From a virus (lineage: Duplodnaviria; Caudoviricetes): a DNA stretch of 64,000 nt. Positions within the stretch are counted from its first letter, which is position 1, and each line of letters begins with the position of its first letter. A model generated the notes under the pieces. It was not told where the DNA came from. It did no database searches and saw nothing but the letters and a program-made list of their open reading frames with translations. Shown one piece after another: positions 1 through 9,795 of the stretch. The stretch lies in the IMG/VR virus record IMGVR_UViG_3300037140_000081, positions 477-64,476 of that record. One strand, 5' to 3'. The position numbers and the translations under genes are program-made.

Positions 1-11
1 CCCGAGCAACA

Positions 12-236
12 TTATTCGATCACCTTATCGCGTCGTGGCACCAGAATGATCCGATCATCCTTCGATACCTTGATAATCATCGGCTCCTCCAAAGCCTTCG
101 CTAAGATAACGGGGTCATCCTCGGAGATCGTAATACGCCCGTATACTAGACCGTTCGCCGCCGTGAACACCGCATTAGACGGCGGGACATGGAACGTGTC
201 CGCGTCCGGGTATTTGTACATGTTGTCGTTGCTCAT
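12..236 (-). CDS. Hypothetical protein (tail/fibre module)
   Basis: 74-aa ORF starting 4 nt after the stop of the Gly-rich gene, same strand as the late operon. Confidence 0.6.
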   Translation of the reverse strand: MSNDNMYKYPDADTFHVPPSNAVFTAANGLVYGRITISEDDPVILAKALEEPMIIKVSKDDRIILVPRRDKVIE

Positions 237-239
237 GGC

Positions 240-977
240 TTAGCTCCAGGTAAACGTAATTTGGCCAGCCCCGCCGGCGCCACCGCTGATTGAGTGAAAA
301 CCGTTGCCGAAAGTTGCTGCAACAGTGACATCAAACGCGCCGCCCGGGGTACCGCCCGCGCCCACAACAAACGACAAAACATCCTGATATTTTACTAGGG
401 CAGCCACCGATGTGAAAACCTTTCTGCAATATCCACCGCCACCGCCACCGGAAGCAAAATTGTCTCCAGACGGCGTGCCCGTGGAAGCAAAGGCACAACC
501 ACTGGAGCCGCCGCCGGGGGACGCCGCGCCGCCGTTAACGCTATCACAATGGGAACCACCCACAGATGAGAGGGTAACACTGAAGCCGTTGCCACCATTT
601 ATACCATTACATGTACCGGCGGCGCCCTGTGTAATTGTACTACCAGAAATGCTGCCTGACGCGCCGGCACCGCCGGCGACATTGGTTGTCCCACCACCGG
701 CTCCACCGCCGGCGCCACCGCCTTTGCCCGCACCATCAACGCCGCCACCGCCAGCGGTTAATCCTAAAGATGAGAGGGAAGTCGCACCACCCGCGCCACC
801 TGGTGACGCCGATACCGTAAGAGCAGTAATGCTGCTACCCCCACCACCAGCGCCCCACAGTTCGATGGTTAGCGTATTAAATAGCGGCACGTCGAACGCG
901 TTTGCGCCGGGACCAAAAGTCCGTGACCCGGGAACGACATGGGCACCTTCTTCAAACAATGTGGCCTGCATCGCCAT
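240..977 (-). CDS. Glycine-rich fibre-associated protein
   Basis: 'FNTLTIELWGAGGGG...GGGGGGY...VGAGG...ITFTW'; ATG at 977 overlaps the upstream TAA (TAATG); paralog of 62479-62958. Confidence 0.7.
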   Translation of the reverse strand: MAMQATLFEEGAHVVPGSRTFGPGANAFDVPLFNTLTIELWGAGGGGSSITALTVSASPGGAGGATSLSSLGLTAGGGGVDGAGKGGGAGGGAGGGTTNVAGGAGASGSISGSTITQGAAGTCNGINGGNGFSVTLSSVGGSHCDSVNGGAASPGGGSSGCAFASTGTPSGDNFASGGGGGGYCRKVFTSVAALVKYQDVLSFVVGAGGTPGGAFDVTVAATFGNGFHSISGGAGGAGQITFTWS

Positions 978-1978
978 TAGGTCAAGTTCGTCCCTGTGAT
1001 TATCCACACCGTAGCCGCCACCTTCAGGGCCGTTGCGATACCGATCGCGGTCAGCGTACGGCTACCAGAAGTATTTGGCGATCCAGCAAAGTACATAGTA
1101 TCAGCACAGTTGATGGTCACAACGCCAGCCCCGGTCTGGTTCACAAATGTGATCGCAGTACCGATGACGTACGGCACAGCAGAATTGGCAGCAATAGTCC
1201 AAGTACGCGCGGACGCGTCCGCGCTCGGATGAAAGATGTGCCCCTCTGCATCGGTCAGCACCGTGGTGTAGTTCGCGCTCTGTGAGTTCTGCGGAATAGA
1301 CGCCACACCGGTCGGGCCGGTCGCGCCGGTCGATGTAGCCAGACCAGGTACACCTGTCGGGCCAAGATTGCCGGTTGGCCCCGTCGCCCCAGTATTGGTA
1401 GCTGATCCGGCCGCCCCAGTTGGCCCAATATTTCCCGTTGCCCCAGTATTTGTTGCAGACCCCGCGACGCCGGTGGGGCCGGTTCTTCCCGTAGAGCCGG
1501 TCGCACCAGTCGGTCCAACTGCCCCGGTATTGGTAGCTGATCCAGGTACGCCAGTTGGGCCTGTGGCTCCAGTGGGCCCACTGGTGCCCGTGTTGCCCGT
1601 TGCGCCAGTTCCGGTAGCAGTGCCGGGCAAACCAGTCGCCCCAGTAGACCCGGTTGGGCCCGTTACCGTACTAGGCGCGCCTACGCCCCCCACATTACCG
1701 GGAGGGCCTACAAGACCAGTCGGACCGGTTGACCCTGTCGCAGCGCTGCCGGTCGCGCCCGTAATCGAGGCACCCGTGGGACCGGTTGACCCGGTGCTGC
1801 CAGTCGGCCCGGTGGCACCGGTTGCCCCAGTCGGTCCACCGGCCGGACCAGTGGCCCCGGTCGGCCCATTCACTACTACAACAGGCTGCGCGGATACCGG
1901 CGAAGGTACATTATGTGTAACCACGGCAACGGGGATAACGTCGGCCGGGGCTCCGATGCCAATGCGAGTAACCGTCAT
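977..1978 (-). CDS. Collagen-like (GXT repeat) tail fibre
   Basis: Long GPT/GAT/GST triplet runs followed by a C-terminal beta domain '[10 protein letters not shown]...'. Confidence 0.8.
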   Translation of the reverse strand: MTVTRIGIGAPADVIPVAVVTHNVPSPVSAQPVVVVNGPTGATGPAGGPTGATGATGPTGSTGSTGPTGASITGATGSAATGSTGPTGLVGPPGNVGGVGAPSTVTGPTGSTGATGLPGTATGTGATGNTGTSGPTGATGPTGVPGSATNTGAVGPTGATGSTGRTGPTGVAGSATNTGATGNIGPTGAAGSATNTGATGPTGNLGPTGVPGLATSTGATGPTGVASIPQNSQSANYTTVLTDAEGHIFHPSADASARTWTIAANSAVPYVIGTAITFVNQTGAGVVTINCADTMYFAGSPNTSGSRTLTAIGIATALKVAATVWIITGTNLT

Positions 1979-1981
1979 GGC

Positions 1982-2353
1982 TTAATTCCCCGTTATGCCC
2001 TGGATAACCTTGAGTTTTCCACTCATGAGCTGAACCCGAATAGGTGGAGTGGAAAAGTCATACATGACAAGATCATAGACATAATCCCCTGGCACGAGGG
2101 CCGCGGCTACCGCGGTGTCTGCCACATTGAAGTGGAGAATACGCTGGGTAATATCGTCAACCACGATAGTGGCCAGGTCGGTTGATATCGTGAGCAACGC
2201 AGCTGCTTGATCCTTGTTACCCTTTACGTCCAGGCGAAAGTTCTGCCCGGAAAAATTCCATGAAGTATCACCAACAACACCGAAAATGAACGCATCGTTC
2301 CAGGTGGCATTGTTGGTAATTTCCATATCGACGTGTGCAGAAGTCTGTGCCAT
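1982..2353 (-). CDS. Virion protein, possible BppU-like fibre adaptor
   Basis: Beta-rich 123 aa with 'GDYVYDLVM...LMSGKLKV'; lies just before the fibre gene. Confidence 0.5.
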   Translation of the reverse strand: MAQTSAHVDMEITNNATWNDAFIFGVVGDTSWNFSGQNFRLDVKGNKDQAAALLTISTDLATIVVDDITQRILHFNVADTAVAAALVPGDYVYDLVMYDFSTPPIRVQLMSGKLKVIQGITGN

Positions 2354-2355
2354 GT

Positions 2356-3045
2356 TTAAGCCCCGCCACTACCTATGTTCATAAAACCTCTTTGACTGCG
2401 TGTCCGAAACCCTTGCGGAAATGACCAAGCCTGGGCACCAAATGTGTTACCCCGCATAGCGGCAACGCGGGCACGAGAGATACCTTCTTGGAACCGTTTC
2501 AAATTATATGTACCCAAAGTGTCACTCGAATAACTCTTTTGGGGGTGGTTCATCATATTTCCCAAAACACCGGCCAAAATGTATCTACTATAAACCGGCA
2601 AGACCCAGTCTGGAGCGAGCGGTACAGCATTACGCGTGGTCGGCAGAACAACATTCTTGATAACCGTCACGCGCATCGCCTGCGGGCTACTTGGCGGGTT
2701 AATCAGATGCAGTGTACCAAAGTCCGGCATGAAAGCAGTTTGCGGGTGGAAACCCAAGGGTTGGTTGACAATCTCCGCTGCTTCGAGCGCGGCCGAAGTG
2801 GAATATATTGAGCTGGCAGCGACGCCGCCTAGGCGAATAACCTGCCCTTCGCTAACCGATATGTCATAGTCTTTTTGGTTGACTAAAGCATCAATATCAA
2901 CCTGCTCGGTCCAACAAGATGAAATATCGAAGAACTCGGTAAAGACCTCAAATAGCTCGTTCTTGATGCCCGCATCGGAGGCGCCAATCAATTTAATGCT
3001 CGCCTGGTTCATCAGCCGGGTCATATCTTCGTTGTTGATAGCCAT
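2356..3045 (-). CDS. Head-tail adaptor / tail tubular-like protein
   Basis: 229 aa, downstream of the capsid; 'ILAGVLGNMMNHPQKSYS' resembles podovirus adaptors. Confidence 0.55.
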   Translation of the reverse strand: MAINNEDMTRLMNQASIKLIGASDAGIKNELFEVFTEFFDISSCWTEQVDIDALVNQKDYDISVSEGQVIRLGGVAASSIYSTSAALEAAEIVNQPLGFHPQTAFMPDFGTLHLINPPSSPQAMRVTVIKNVVLPTTRNAVPLAPDWVLPVYSRYILAGVLGNMMNHPQKSYSSDTLGTYNLKRFQEGISRARVAAMRGNTFGAQAWSFPQGFRTRSQRGFMNIGSGGA

Positions 3046-3500
3046 TAGGCAGCCCTCCTAGGAGCGCCGCCGGCCGGTGGCGTGATCATGGTCGAGGCAG
3101 CTTGACCGTTCAAAATTGAGTTAAATGCGCCCAAGAACGCAGAAGCCCGTTGATCCTCAATGTCTTCCTGGTCGCGCTGGAGCGCGTGGCCCACCATCCC
3201 GTACAAAAACGCGAGCCGGAACGCGGGCTCAATGTCAACTTGGGTATCATCAACGGCTGCGAAGTATGGAACCCTCGTACCGTGCTTCACTACAAACAGG
3301 TCGGCACGAATGCGGCGTGCTTCTAGCAACATTAAATTGAGGGCAGATACGAGCGATGTGTCCTCATATCGCGGCGGATTTACAGTATCTTGCAGGAGTA
3401 CTCGGGCCTCGGTGACATAGTCTTGTACCGTATCGAGCGCCTGTGATTGATTTTGATCTCTGTCAGCCACGGAAAACCCCCAAGGTTGTCTCCGCACCAT
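3045..3500 (-). CDS. Head-completion/adaptor protein (start possibly GTG 3470)
   Basis: 'ARVLLQD...RY.D..L...LN....EARRIRADLF' pattern; immediately after the capsid gene. Confidence 0.55.
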   Translation of the reverse strand: MVRRQPWGFSVADRDQNQSQALDTVQDYVTEARVLLQDTVNPPRYEDTSLVSALNLMLLEARRIRADLFVVKHGTRVPYFAAVDDTQVDIEPAFRLAFLYGMVGHALQRDQEDIEDQRASAFLGAFNSILNGQAASTMITPPAGGAPRRAA

Positions 3501-3527
3501 ACTGTTTTTGAGTTAACGATTGAATAA

Positions 3528-3560
3528 CGAAAGGGCCGGGTTTTACCCCAGCCCCTATTT
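3528..3560 (-). terminator. Rho-independent terminator after the major capsid gene
   Basis: Minus strand reads GGGGCTGGGG-TAAAA-CCCGGCCC then TTTCG. Confidence 0.6.
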
Positions 3561-3578
3561 AGTGCTTACTCAGGGCGA

Positions 3579-4589
3579 TTAGTTACCCGGAGTGACCTGA
3601 GCCTGAACCAGCGCTTTGCCGTCCACGACCTGGTAGCCGTAGACCTGCAAGCCGCGCAAGATTTGGCCAAAGGTCAGCTCGGACCGCAAGGTTTCGACCT
3701 TGCTGATCTGTGAGGCAAACGTCAGTCCGTGCGCGTGACCCGCGTAGATCGGCCATTCACCAGAGTTGAAGTTCGCCGGCTGACTGGTGTTGTTCGGCAG
3801 CAAGTTGCTGACGTACAGCGTGAACCGGTCGATCATGCCCAAGCGGCCATTTCGCAGCATCGAGACGCTGTCACCAGACAGATAAGCCTGGCGCAGTTCC
3901 GACTGCTTGATTTGGCGGCCAGCCCAAGCCGGCAACACGACCCAGCGGCCAACTTCCGGGATATTCTGCTCGTCCAGGACCTGTCCCATACGCATCAGAA
4001 CGTCCAAGAGTTCGATCTGGCCACCCGTCGGGTTCTTGGAAACCACGGTGAGCGGAGAGCCTTGGATGCCCAGGTTCAGCGACGCGGTGATGACACCAGC
4101 CGTAGTACCCTGGTTTTGAGCAGCCATGCCCCCGTAGATGCCACCGAGAACGTCCTGGTCCACGGTGATTTTCAGCTGCTGCGCGGCGTCGTCCGACCAC
4201 ATAGACAGGATATTCAGATCGCTCTGAATTTCCATCACGTCGTCCAGGATCAGCGAGAAGTACTTGCCGCTGCCGATATACAACTCGACAGTGCCAGCAG
4301 TCGGGCGGTCGAGGCCCAGCAAGCCGTCAGCATCGTAATTGTGGATCGAGATCGTGGGCTTCGTGCGGATTTTGACGCGGTCGCCCTTGTTCTTGATCTC
4401 GCCCTCGTAATCGGTGTTCGAGATCGCGGCCAGCACGGTGCTGGCGTAGAACTTTTCAATGAGCTTACCTGACCAGATTTCCGGAATAAATCCAGTAGCC
4501 TGGAGGTTGTTGCCCGAAGAACCTACCGGATAAATCGCGGGCGTAGTGCCTGCGGTTGCGCCGGGAAAACCTTGGGTATTGATAGGCAT
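3579..4589 (-). CDS. Major capsid protein
   Basis: 'FIPEIWSGKLIEKFYASTVLAAISNTDYEGEI...GDRVKI' and C-terminal 'FGQILRGLQVYG' typical of P22-coat-like capsids; follows the scaffold. Confidence 0.9.
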   Translation of the reverse strand: MPINTQGFPGATAGTTPAIYPVGSSGNNLQATGFIPEIWSGKLIEKFYASTVLAAISNTDYEGEIKNKGDRVKIRTKPTISIHNYDADGLLGLDRPTAGTVELYIGSGKYFSLILDDVMEIQSDLNILSMWSDDAAQQLKITVDQDVLGGIYGGMAAQNQGTTAGVITASLNLGIQGSPLTVVSKNPTGGQIELLDVLMRMGQVLDEQNIPEVGRWVVLPAWAGRQIKQSELRQAYLSGDSVSMLRNGRLGMIDRFTLYVSNLLPNNTSQPANFNSGEWPIYAGHAHGLTFASQISKVETLRSELTFGQILRGLQVYGYQVVDGKALVQAQVTPGN

Positions 4590-4645
4590 AGAGGCCCCCT
4601 GTTGGTAGGGGCCCGCACGTCCTTAACGTGACTTATGCCCCCGGA

Positions 4646-5794
4646 TTAGCGGACGCGCCCATCATTCTGTGCGGCGAAGATTTGCTTCTCCATCGCGTTC
4701 TTATCGGTTTCGCGTCCGGCATAGATGCCTTTGCGTACGTCCGAATAGAACTTAGAAATTTGAGTGCGAGTGAATGTTGGCTTGTCCGCGGGTCCTGGTG
4801 TATCGCCAGAGGCCGGCTTTGCCCTGCCAGGAGCTGCGAGTGATGCTAGCGGGACCGCTGCTTGTCTCTGAGGGGCGGCCGGTGTTTCCGACTGCCGCTC
4901 GTGCTGCGGGGCTAAATCCTCATTGCCCGTGACTGCTTCATCTCTGATGAAGCCCTCGAAGAACGCTTTGACCTGAGGGGCGTTAGCCGCTTGGTACGCT
5001 ACGTTCAACATCTGCTTTCTAACCTGACCCGAGTAAACGTCCCGTAAACGGAGCCAATTTAAAAAGCGGGGATCGCTATTTATTTCACGCCAGTTAGGAA
5101 TATCCCTGTCTAGCAGCTGTCCAACCCGTGTTTGGGCCTCTTGGCGGGCCTGCTGGGTGAGCTGGGCATTCTGGTGCTTTAGCTCGTCCAGCTCGGGCCC
5201 AACGGTCTCCTGGGCAGCGCGCCGCGCGAGATCAATGAGTTCCGACCCAAAAGCCACCTCGTCCTCTGGGGTGATCAATTTGGCGACCGGAGGCGCCGCC
5301 TGCTGGCGGAGCTGCTGGGGCTGGCGGAGCTGCTGGGGCTGGCGGCCCTGAACTAGCGTCTGGGTCCGCATTAACTCGTCCCCGAGCTGGGACATTTGCT
5401 CCTGCATGGAGCCTATAGTTTGCTGCGCTGCATCATAGCGGCCCTTCATGGACCGATATCGGTGCTCCCAGTTATCACCCTCAGCTAACTGATGGTCAGT
5501 TTGGGCCTGAACGTCCGGTTGTTTGACCGGTTCCGCAACCTCGGAACCCTCTGTTTTTGCTGGCTTTTTAGCCCGAATAGGCTTGGGTTTGGCCGCTTCG
5601 GCGGCCGCTTCGGCCTCCGCGGCGCGCGCGGCTTCGGCGGCAGCCGCCGCGGTTTCCTCCGCAGTAGGGGCCGTCTTGTAATAAGCCTCCGCTTTAGCAG
5701 CGGCGTCCTTGACTGATTTCGGGATTAGAACGCTGGTATCTTCGGGGGCGATAGGGGCAGGCGTCTGGTTCCGCTCGACTTCGGTGACAGGCAT
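4646..5794 (-). CDS. Capsid scaffolding protein
   Basis: Ala/Glu/Gln-rich coiled coil 'WEHRYRSMKGRYD', directly upstream of the capsid gene. Confidence 0.75.
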   Translation of the reverse strand: MPVTEVERNQTPAPIAPEDTSVLIPKSVKDAAAKAEAYYKTAPTAEETAAAAAEAARAAEAEAAAEAAKPKPIRAKKPAKTEGSEVAEPVKQPDVQAQTDHQLAEGDNWEHRYRSMKGRYDAAQQTIGSMQEQMSQLGDELMRTQTLVQGRQPQQLRQPQQLRQQAAPPVAKLITPEDEVAFGSELIDLARRAAQETVGPELDELKHQNAQLTQQARQEAQTRVGQLLDRDIPNWREINSDPRFLNWLRLRDVYSGQVRKQMLNVAYQAANAPQVKAFFEGFIRDEAVTGNEDLAPQHERQSETPAAPQRQAAVPLASLAAPGRAKPASGDTPGPADKPTFTRTQISKFYSDVRKGIYAGRETDKNAMEKQIFAAQNDGRVR

Positions 5795-5803
5795 GACACT
5801 CTC

Positions 5804-6166
5804 CTATTGGGGTGGGTTGTCTAAATATTCAGCAAGTAAACGAAGTATAGTCGGGTCGTCTTGAACAAACCCAAGAGCCGCATTGCAGCGCGGGCATAGT
5901 ATACCGCGAACCTTCCCGGTCGTATGGGAATGGTCTATTTGCCAACCATTTGGGTGTTGTGTATCAGGGCGTCTACAACCGGCACAAGTAAACCCTTGGG
6001 CCGCGAATAACTTATCGCGTTCCCCCAGAGTTATACCATATTTATATTTGATAGATAGGCGCCTTTGCAGGGCTTTCCCCGCCGGCAGTTGAGCCTTGTA
6101 TTTTTTTCTCGCCTTGGCGCCCGGAGTTTGCCGATAGCGTCGTTGAGCCGCTTGTTTCGGTGTCAT
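5804..6166 (-). CDS. Endonuclease VII-family homing endonuclease
   Basis: 'KYGIT...QGFTCAGC...IDHSHTTGKVRGILCPRCNAALG'. Confidence 0.9.
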   Translation of the reverse strand: MTPKQAAQRRYRQTPGAKARKKYKAQLPAGKALQRRLSIKYKYGITLGERDKLFAAQGFTCAGCRRPDTQHPNGWQIDHSHTTGKVRGILCPRCNAALGFVQDDPTILRLLAEYLDNPPQ

Positions 6167-6190
6167 CTTTGACCTTCAATGCGCGCACGG

Positions 6191-6430
6191 CTATTGCGGT
6201 GCGGGCTGTTTGGGCTTCTTGTCACACTCTCTGAACGTACGCAGTAGGGCAAGACACTGACGGGCCTGCCCCTGCAAAACCAAGACGTTGTCCGATCCGG
6301 CCGCGGTTACATCAAGAACGGCATGATCGGTATAGGCAGCGAACGAGGCCACGAATTGGTCCCACCCTTCGGGGTTGGAATTTCGTAGCCGTAGCGCTGT
6401 TTCTGCTAAGTCCTTGGGGGATAAGGACAT
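6191..6430 (-). CDS. Hypothetical head-module protein
   Basis: 79 aa with 'LQGQAR' motif, in the portal-scaffold interval. Confidence 0.6.
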   Translation of the reverse strand: MSLSPKDLAETALRLRNSNPEGWDQFVASFAAYTDHAVLDVTAAGSDNVLVLQGQARQCLALLRTFRECDKKPKQPAPQ

Positions 6431-6432
6431 TT

Positions 6433-6669
6433 TTAGTTGCCGCCTCCATAGCTGCCACCGCCGCCGTAGCTACCGTTTCCGGGGGGCGTAGGGGCGCCAA
6501 TAGTCGGCGTCGCCTTGGAATAGTCCTGCATGGTGCGCGCGGCCGGGTCGCCGGAGGTCAGGGTCTGCATGGCGCTGCGTGATGGCAGCTGCTGCTCGCT
6601 GGCGCCCTTGCCAGCGTTCTTGACCATCTGGCCACCCTTGCTCAGCGGGGACATATGCTTTTTTAGCAT
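6433..6669 (-). CDS. Small virion-associated protein
   Basis: 78 aa, low complexity, tightly packed with neighbours. Confidence 0.55.
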   Translation of the reverse strand: MLKKHMSPLSKGGQMVKNAGKGASEQQLPSRSAMQTLTSGDPAARTMQDYSKATPTIGAPTPPGNGSYGGGGSYGGGN

Positions 6670-6977
6670 TTTTTCACTCCGTTCAAGTATCCAATAGCTC
6701 GCTGTAAAATTCCTGTGTCATCACCAGAATTTCCCAGCATTACGTTGCACCGAAAGCATAGAATGCCGCGTACCTGCTTAGTTTCATGGTCGTGATCAAC
6801 GTGCCACGGGTTACGACCACTTTTGGTTCGCGGATTATTTGTTCCACAAATAGCACAACATTTCCCTTGTTTTTCAAACAGTTGCCCATATTCATCCATC
6901 GAAATACCATACCATTTTCGGATATTATAGGCCCGCGAATACGCCGCGCGCTTATGTGATCCTAAAGGCCAAGGCAT
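6663..6977 (-). CDS. Endonuclease VII-family homing endonuclease
   Basis: 'WYGIS...QGKCCAIC...VDHDHETKQVRGILCFRCNVMLG'. Confidence 0.9.
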   Translation of the reverse strand: MPWPLGSHKRAAYSRAYNIRKWYGISMDEYGQLFEKQGKCCAICGTNNPRTKSGRNPWHVDHDHETKQVRGILCFRCNVMLGNSGDDTGILQRAIGYLNGVKKC

Positions 6978-6980
6978 TCC

Positions 6981-7193
6981 TCAACTCTCTCCTGTGAGAC
7001 CCGTGTTGCCGAAGCCGGCGCCGGCCACCGACGTTTTACCGTACTGGGTCGTGCTACCCGGCTGGGGCTTAATGGTTAACGATCCTGGGGGCTGAGCCCT
7101 CAAACTGGGCGGGCGCGATCCCAGGACAAAAGACGGGCGAGAAAAGGCCGTGGGGCCCTTTACCGCTGTTTTTCCTATGCGAACGGACGCCAT
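6981..7193 (-). CDS. Hypothetical protein
   Basis: 70 aa, TAATG overlap with the upstream gene. Confidence 0.55.
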   Translation of the reverse strand: MASVRIGKTAVKGPTAFSRPSFVLGSRPPSLRAQPPGSLTIKPQPGSTTQYGKTSVAGAGFGNTGLTGES

Positions 7194-7420
7194 TAGCGGG
7201 CGCTCGTAATGCCGGCCTTGGCAGCCTCGGAGCCGGCGAAACCAAACATCTTGCCCTTGCCGCCGCTAGCAAACTTCTCGCCAGAGCCAGCACCGGCGTC
7301 GGTCTCGGTCACGCCCGACTTCTGCGCGCCAACCTTCTGCGCGCCAAACATATGGGTGTTGCCGCCCTTGGCAAACTCGACGTTATGCTGCTTCTCTTTC
7401 TTCTGGGTATCGACGGACAT
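7193..7420 (-). CDS. Small basic virion protein with FAxGG motifs
   Basis: GGAG SD; internal duplication 'FAKGGNTHMFG' / 'FASGGKGKMFG'. Confidence 0.6.
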   Translation of the reverse strand: MSVDTQKKEKQHNVEFAKGGNTHMFGAQKVGAQKSGVTETDAGAGSGEKFASGGKGKMFGFAGSEAAKAGITSAR

Positions 7421-7485
7421 GGCGTATCTCCCGCTGGATGAAACTGTGTGCGCGGGAAGATAACCCTTGAAAAACTAATAAGCCG

Positions 7486-8490
7486 TTAAAATAGCCGGTC
7501 TTTCCAGGTACTGGGGGTCTTGTCCGAGACAATCTCCAGGTCCAGGTGATACTTAAAGGGGCGGGTGCCCCGCTTCCGGATGGCCTCGATCATATGATAG
7601 AGGCCGCCGTCCAATGTGGTTTTTGTTTCATACCCCAGCAGGTGACGCGCTTTATCCGATGAACAGTGTGCATATTTCACTTCCTGCGGACGACCCTGCA
7701 TGTAGATAGGTTCTGGAAACCTCCACAGCTGCTGACAAATCTTCTGATACAATTCTTTGATTGTGACCACGCCTTCGTCTGGACCAATGTTGATAACTTT
7801 GCCTACAACCTTCGAGCTGAAAGCCATCTGGTGCAAACAGAACAAGCAATCATCAATATAGGAAAAGCATCGTTCTTGTGATCCGTCCCCGTAAATCACA
7901 GGGCGCCGATCCTGCATAATGAGGTTAATCATGATCGACGCTACGTTGCGATACGGGTCATCATACTTTTGGCGAGGCCCGATGATATTGTGTGGTACCG
8001 CGATACAGTATTCCACTCCGTGGGTTTCGCACAGGTTTTTTAGAAACTGTTCGACGGCCAGCTTTCCGATCCCGTACGGGTCTTGCGGCACGCAAGTCAT
8101 GTTCTCTTTGAACGGCGTCTGAATTGCCCCGTAGCGCGCCATAGACGAACAGATCACTATACGCTTCACAGAATTCGATATGGCGGCGGAAATTACGGAC
8201 ACACTCGCCCCGACTATATTCTGTGTCACAACATGCGGTGAGAATACGCTCAAGCCTTCGTACGCCGTCGCGGCGCAATGATACACGATGCTGCATCCCC
8301 GCATCCTTTCCTTGACATTAGATAAATCATTACAGTCGATCTGGTGAAACTCTACGCCGGCTGGCACATTGTCCAGCTCACCACCAATCATGTTGTCGAT
8401 CCCGACAACCTCGTGCCCGTCGGCCAGCATTGCGTCTGCGAGGTGGCTGCCTAAAAAGCCAGCCACCCCAGTGATGAATATCCTACTCAC
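7486..8490 (-). CDS. NAD-dependent nucleotide-sugar epimerase/dehydratase
   Basis: 'ITGVAGFLGSHL' Rossmann motif, 'SSMARYG', catalytic 'YGIGK', 'YGDGSQERCF'. Confidence 0.92.
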   Translation of the reverse strand: MSRIFITGVAGFLGSHLADAMLADGHEVVGIDNMIGGELDNVPAGVEFHQIDCNDLSNVKERMRGCSIVYHCAATAYEGLSVFSPHVVTQNIVGASVSVISAAISNSVKRIVICSSMARYGAIQTPFKENMTCVPQDPYGIGKLAVEQFLKNLCETHGVEYCIAVPHNIIGPRQKYDDPYRNVASIMINLIMQDRRPVIYGDGSQERCFSYIDDCLFCLHQMAFSSKVVGKVINIGPDEGVVTIKELYQKICQQLWRFPEPIYMQGRPQEVKYAHCSSDKARHLLGYETKTTLDGGLYHMIEAIRKRGTRPFKYHLDLEIVSDKTPSTWKDRLF

Positions 8491-9094
8491 GATAGATCGC
8501 GATCAGGTATTCCGCCGCCGTACCGTGGCAATTGCTGCACCCGTCCCAGCAATGAGCCTTTCCCAGTCCATACGGACACGCGATAGCTTCCCACCGGTAT
8601 CCCGGCGGCATGGGGACGTGATCCATTACGCTCTCAGGTTGACAGTCCAACGTCACGTCTTCGATGATGTACACGCCACCCTCTTTGAGATATGGCAGTA
8701 GAGTGTTAGCCGTGAGTATCTGGTGACCCAGTTCATGTGAACCGTCGTCAATGATAACATCGAACAATGGGCCACCGTACTTCTCCATAGCGCCAATCAA
8801 GGACTTGGCATTACCCTGGTCGGCGCCGATACAGGTGATGCGGTCGGTATGGAACAGACACGACCAGTTGCTATCGAGCCCGAGGATTTTTGCCTTCGGG
8901 AAGAACTCCTCCCACATGCGGAGGCTACACCCGTAGTTCACGCCCACCTCCAGCAAGTGGCGCACGCTGTCCCGCTTGTCCTTGAACAGGTCCCAGTACG
9001 CCACCGTGTATGTGTGGCAGGTGTCGCCGGCGAGATAATGATCGCCGCCTTTATCCGTAGCGTGTTTCTTAGCTAGCTCGCACAGTGGGGTCAT
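8483..9094 (-). CDS. SAM-dependent (sugar O-)methyltransferase
   Basis: 'TDK...HTY', 'LLEVGVNYGCSLRMW', 'FDVIIDDGSH', 'GGVYIIED' as in MycE/TylE-like enzymes. Confidence 0.85.
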   Translation of the reverse strand: MTPLCELAKKHATDKGGDHYLAGDTCHTYTVAYWDLFKDKRDSVRHLLEVGVNYGCSLRMWEEFFPKAKILGLDSNWSCLFHTDRITCIGADQGNAKSLIGAMEKYGGPLFDVIIDDGSHELGHQILTANTLLPYLKEGGVYIIEDVTLDCQPESVMDHVPMPPGYRWEAIACPYGLGKAHCWDGCSNCHGTAAEYLIAIYRE

Positions 9095-9795
9095 GGGACA
9101 AATCCTGTGAATTGGGTGGCGTCATGGTTGGCGGGATACTGCACGAAGGGGAGGCCGGAATTCAACTCTGTATTCGCCCAGATCGGCAAGTCAATGGGGA
9201 CCGTCCGGGTGCGTTCAATAAATTTCATGCACTCCAGCCGGTAGGCCTTGTCAATCGCTGGCAGATACTGTGTTGGCCAGATATGGGTCGATCCAACAAA
9301 GCGCCAGTTGGCGCCGGTGTCGGAGGGCACCCCTTTCTCCCAGATACCGGGGAATGGAATATTGTTCATTTCCTTCATGGCCTCGATGCGATCCATGAAA
9401 TCCACAACAATCTTTTCGGTTACCGGCTTACCGGTCCAGTCGCCCTGTTTGAGAACGCCGTAGTCGAGCCACACCCACACGTCCACTTGCGGGTCCGCGG
9501 CGGCGGCCATCACAGCCCAAGCGGTGCGCTGGTGCTGGACGATGTTGGACAGAACCATGTGGTGGGGCGTCGCATATCGGTCAGCCGGCACCTCTGTAGC
9601 CGGCGGCAAGTGGAGCTTGTTATATCGCTCCAACCACATGTGCAGCCAGCAATGATCCAGCGGATAATCGTAGAACACCTTGAAGCGGCTACCCAAAGCA
9701 GCGGCCAAGCGGTCACCCAGGGCCTTATACTGCTCGCGGTTCAGATGCTTCACTTCGAGCGGGACATAACCAGAAAATGCTTTAATGATCATCAC
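9091..9795 (-). CDS. Putative glycosyltransferase, HtrL/WlaTC-like
   Basis: 'VWLDYGVL' and 'WRFVGS' motifs; paralog of 9792-10454. Confidence 0.6.
   Translation of the reverse strand: MMIIKAFSGYVPLEVKHLNREQYKALGDRLAAALGSRFKVFYDYPLDHCWLHMWLERYNKLHLPPATEVPADRYATPHHMVLSNIVQHQRTAWAVMAAAADPQVDVWVWLDYGVLKQGDWTGKPVTEKIVVDFMDRIEAMKEMNNIPFPGIWEKGVPSDTGANWRFVGSTHIWPTQYLPAIDKAYRLECMKFIERTRTVPIDLPIWANTELNSGLPFVQYPANHDATQFTGFVP

Noticed and set aside
240-1978. Diversity-generating retroelement acting on the duplicated fibre ends
   Set aside because: No reverse transcriptase; both copies are coding and differences are not confined to adenines.
412-1985. Long Pro-rich plus-strand ORFs (412-999, 1368-1985; also 12921-13328, 13890-14177)
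   Set aside because: Antisense shadows of Gly-rich and collagen genes (GGN codons read as Pro); no RBS and opposite to the operon.
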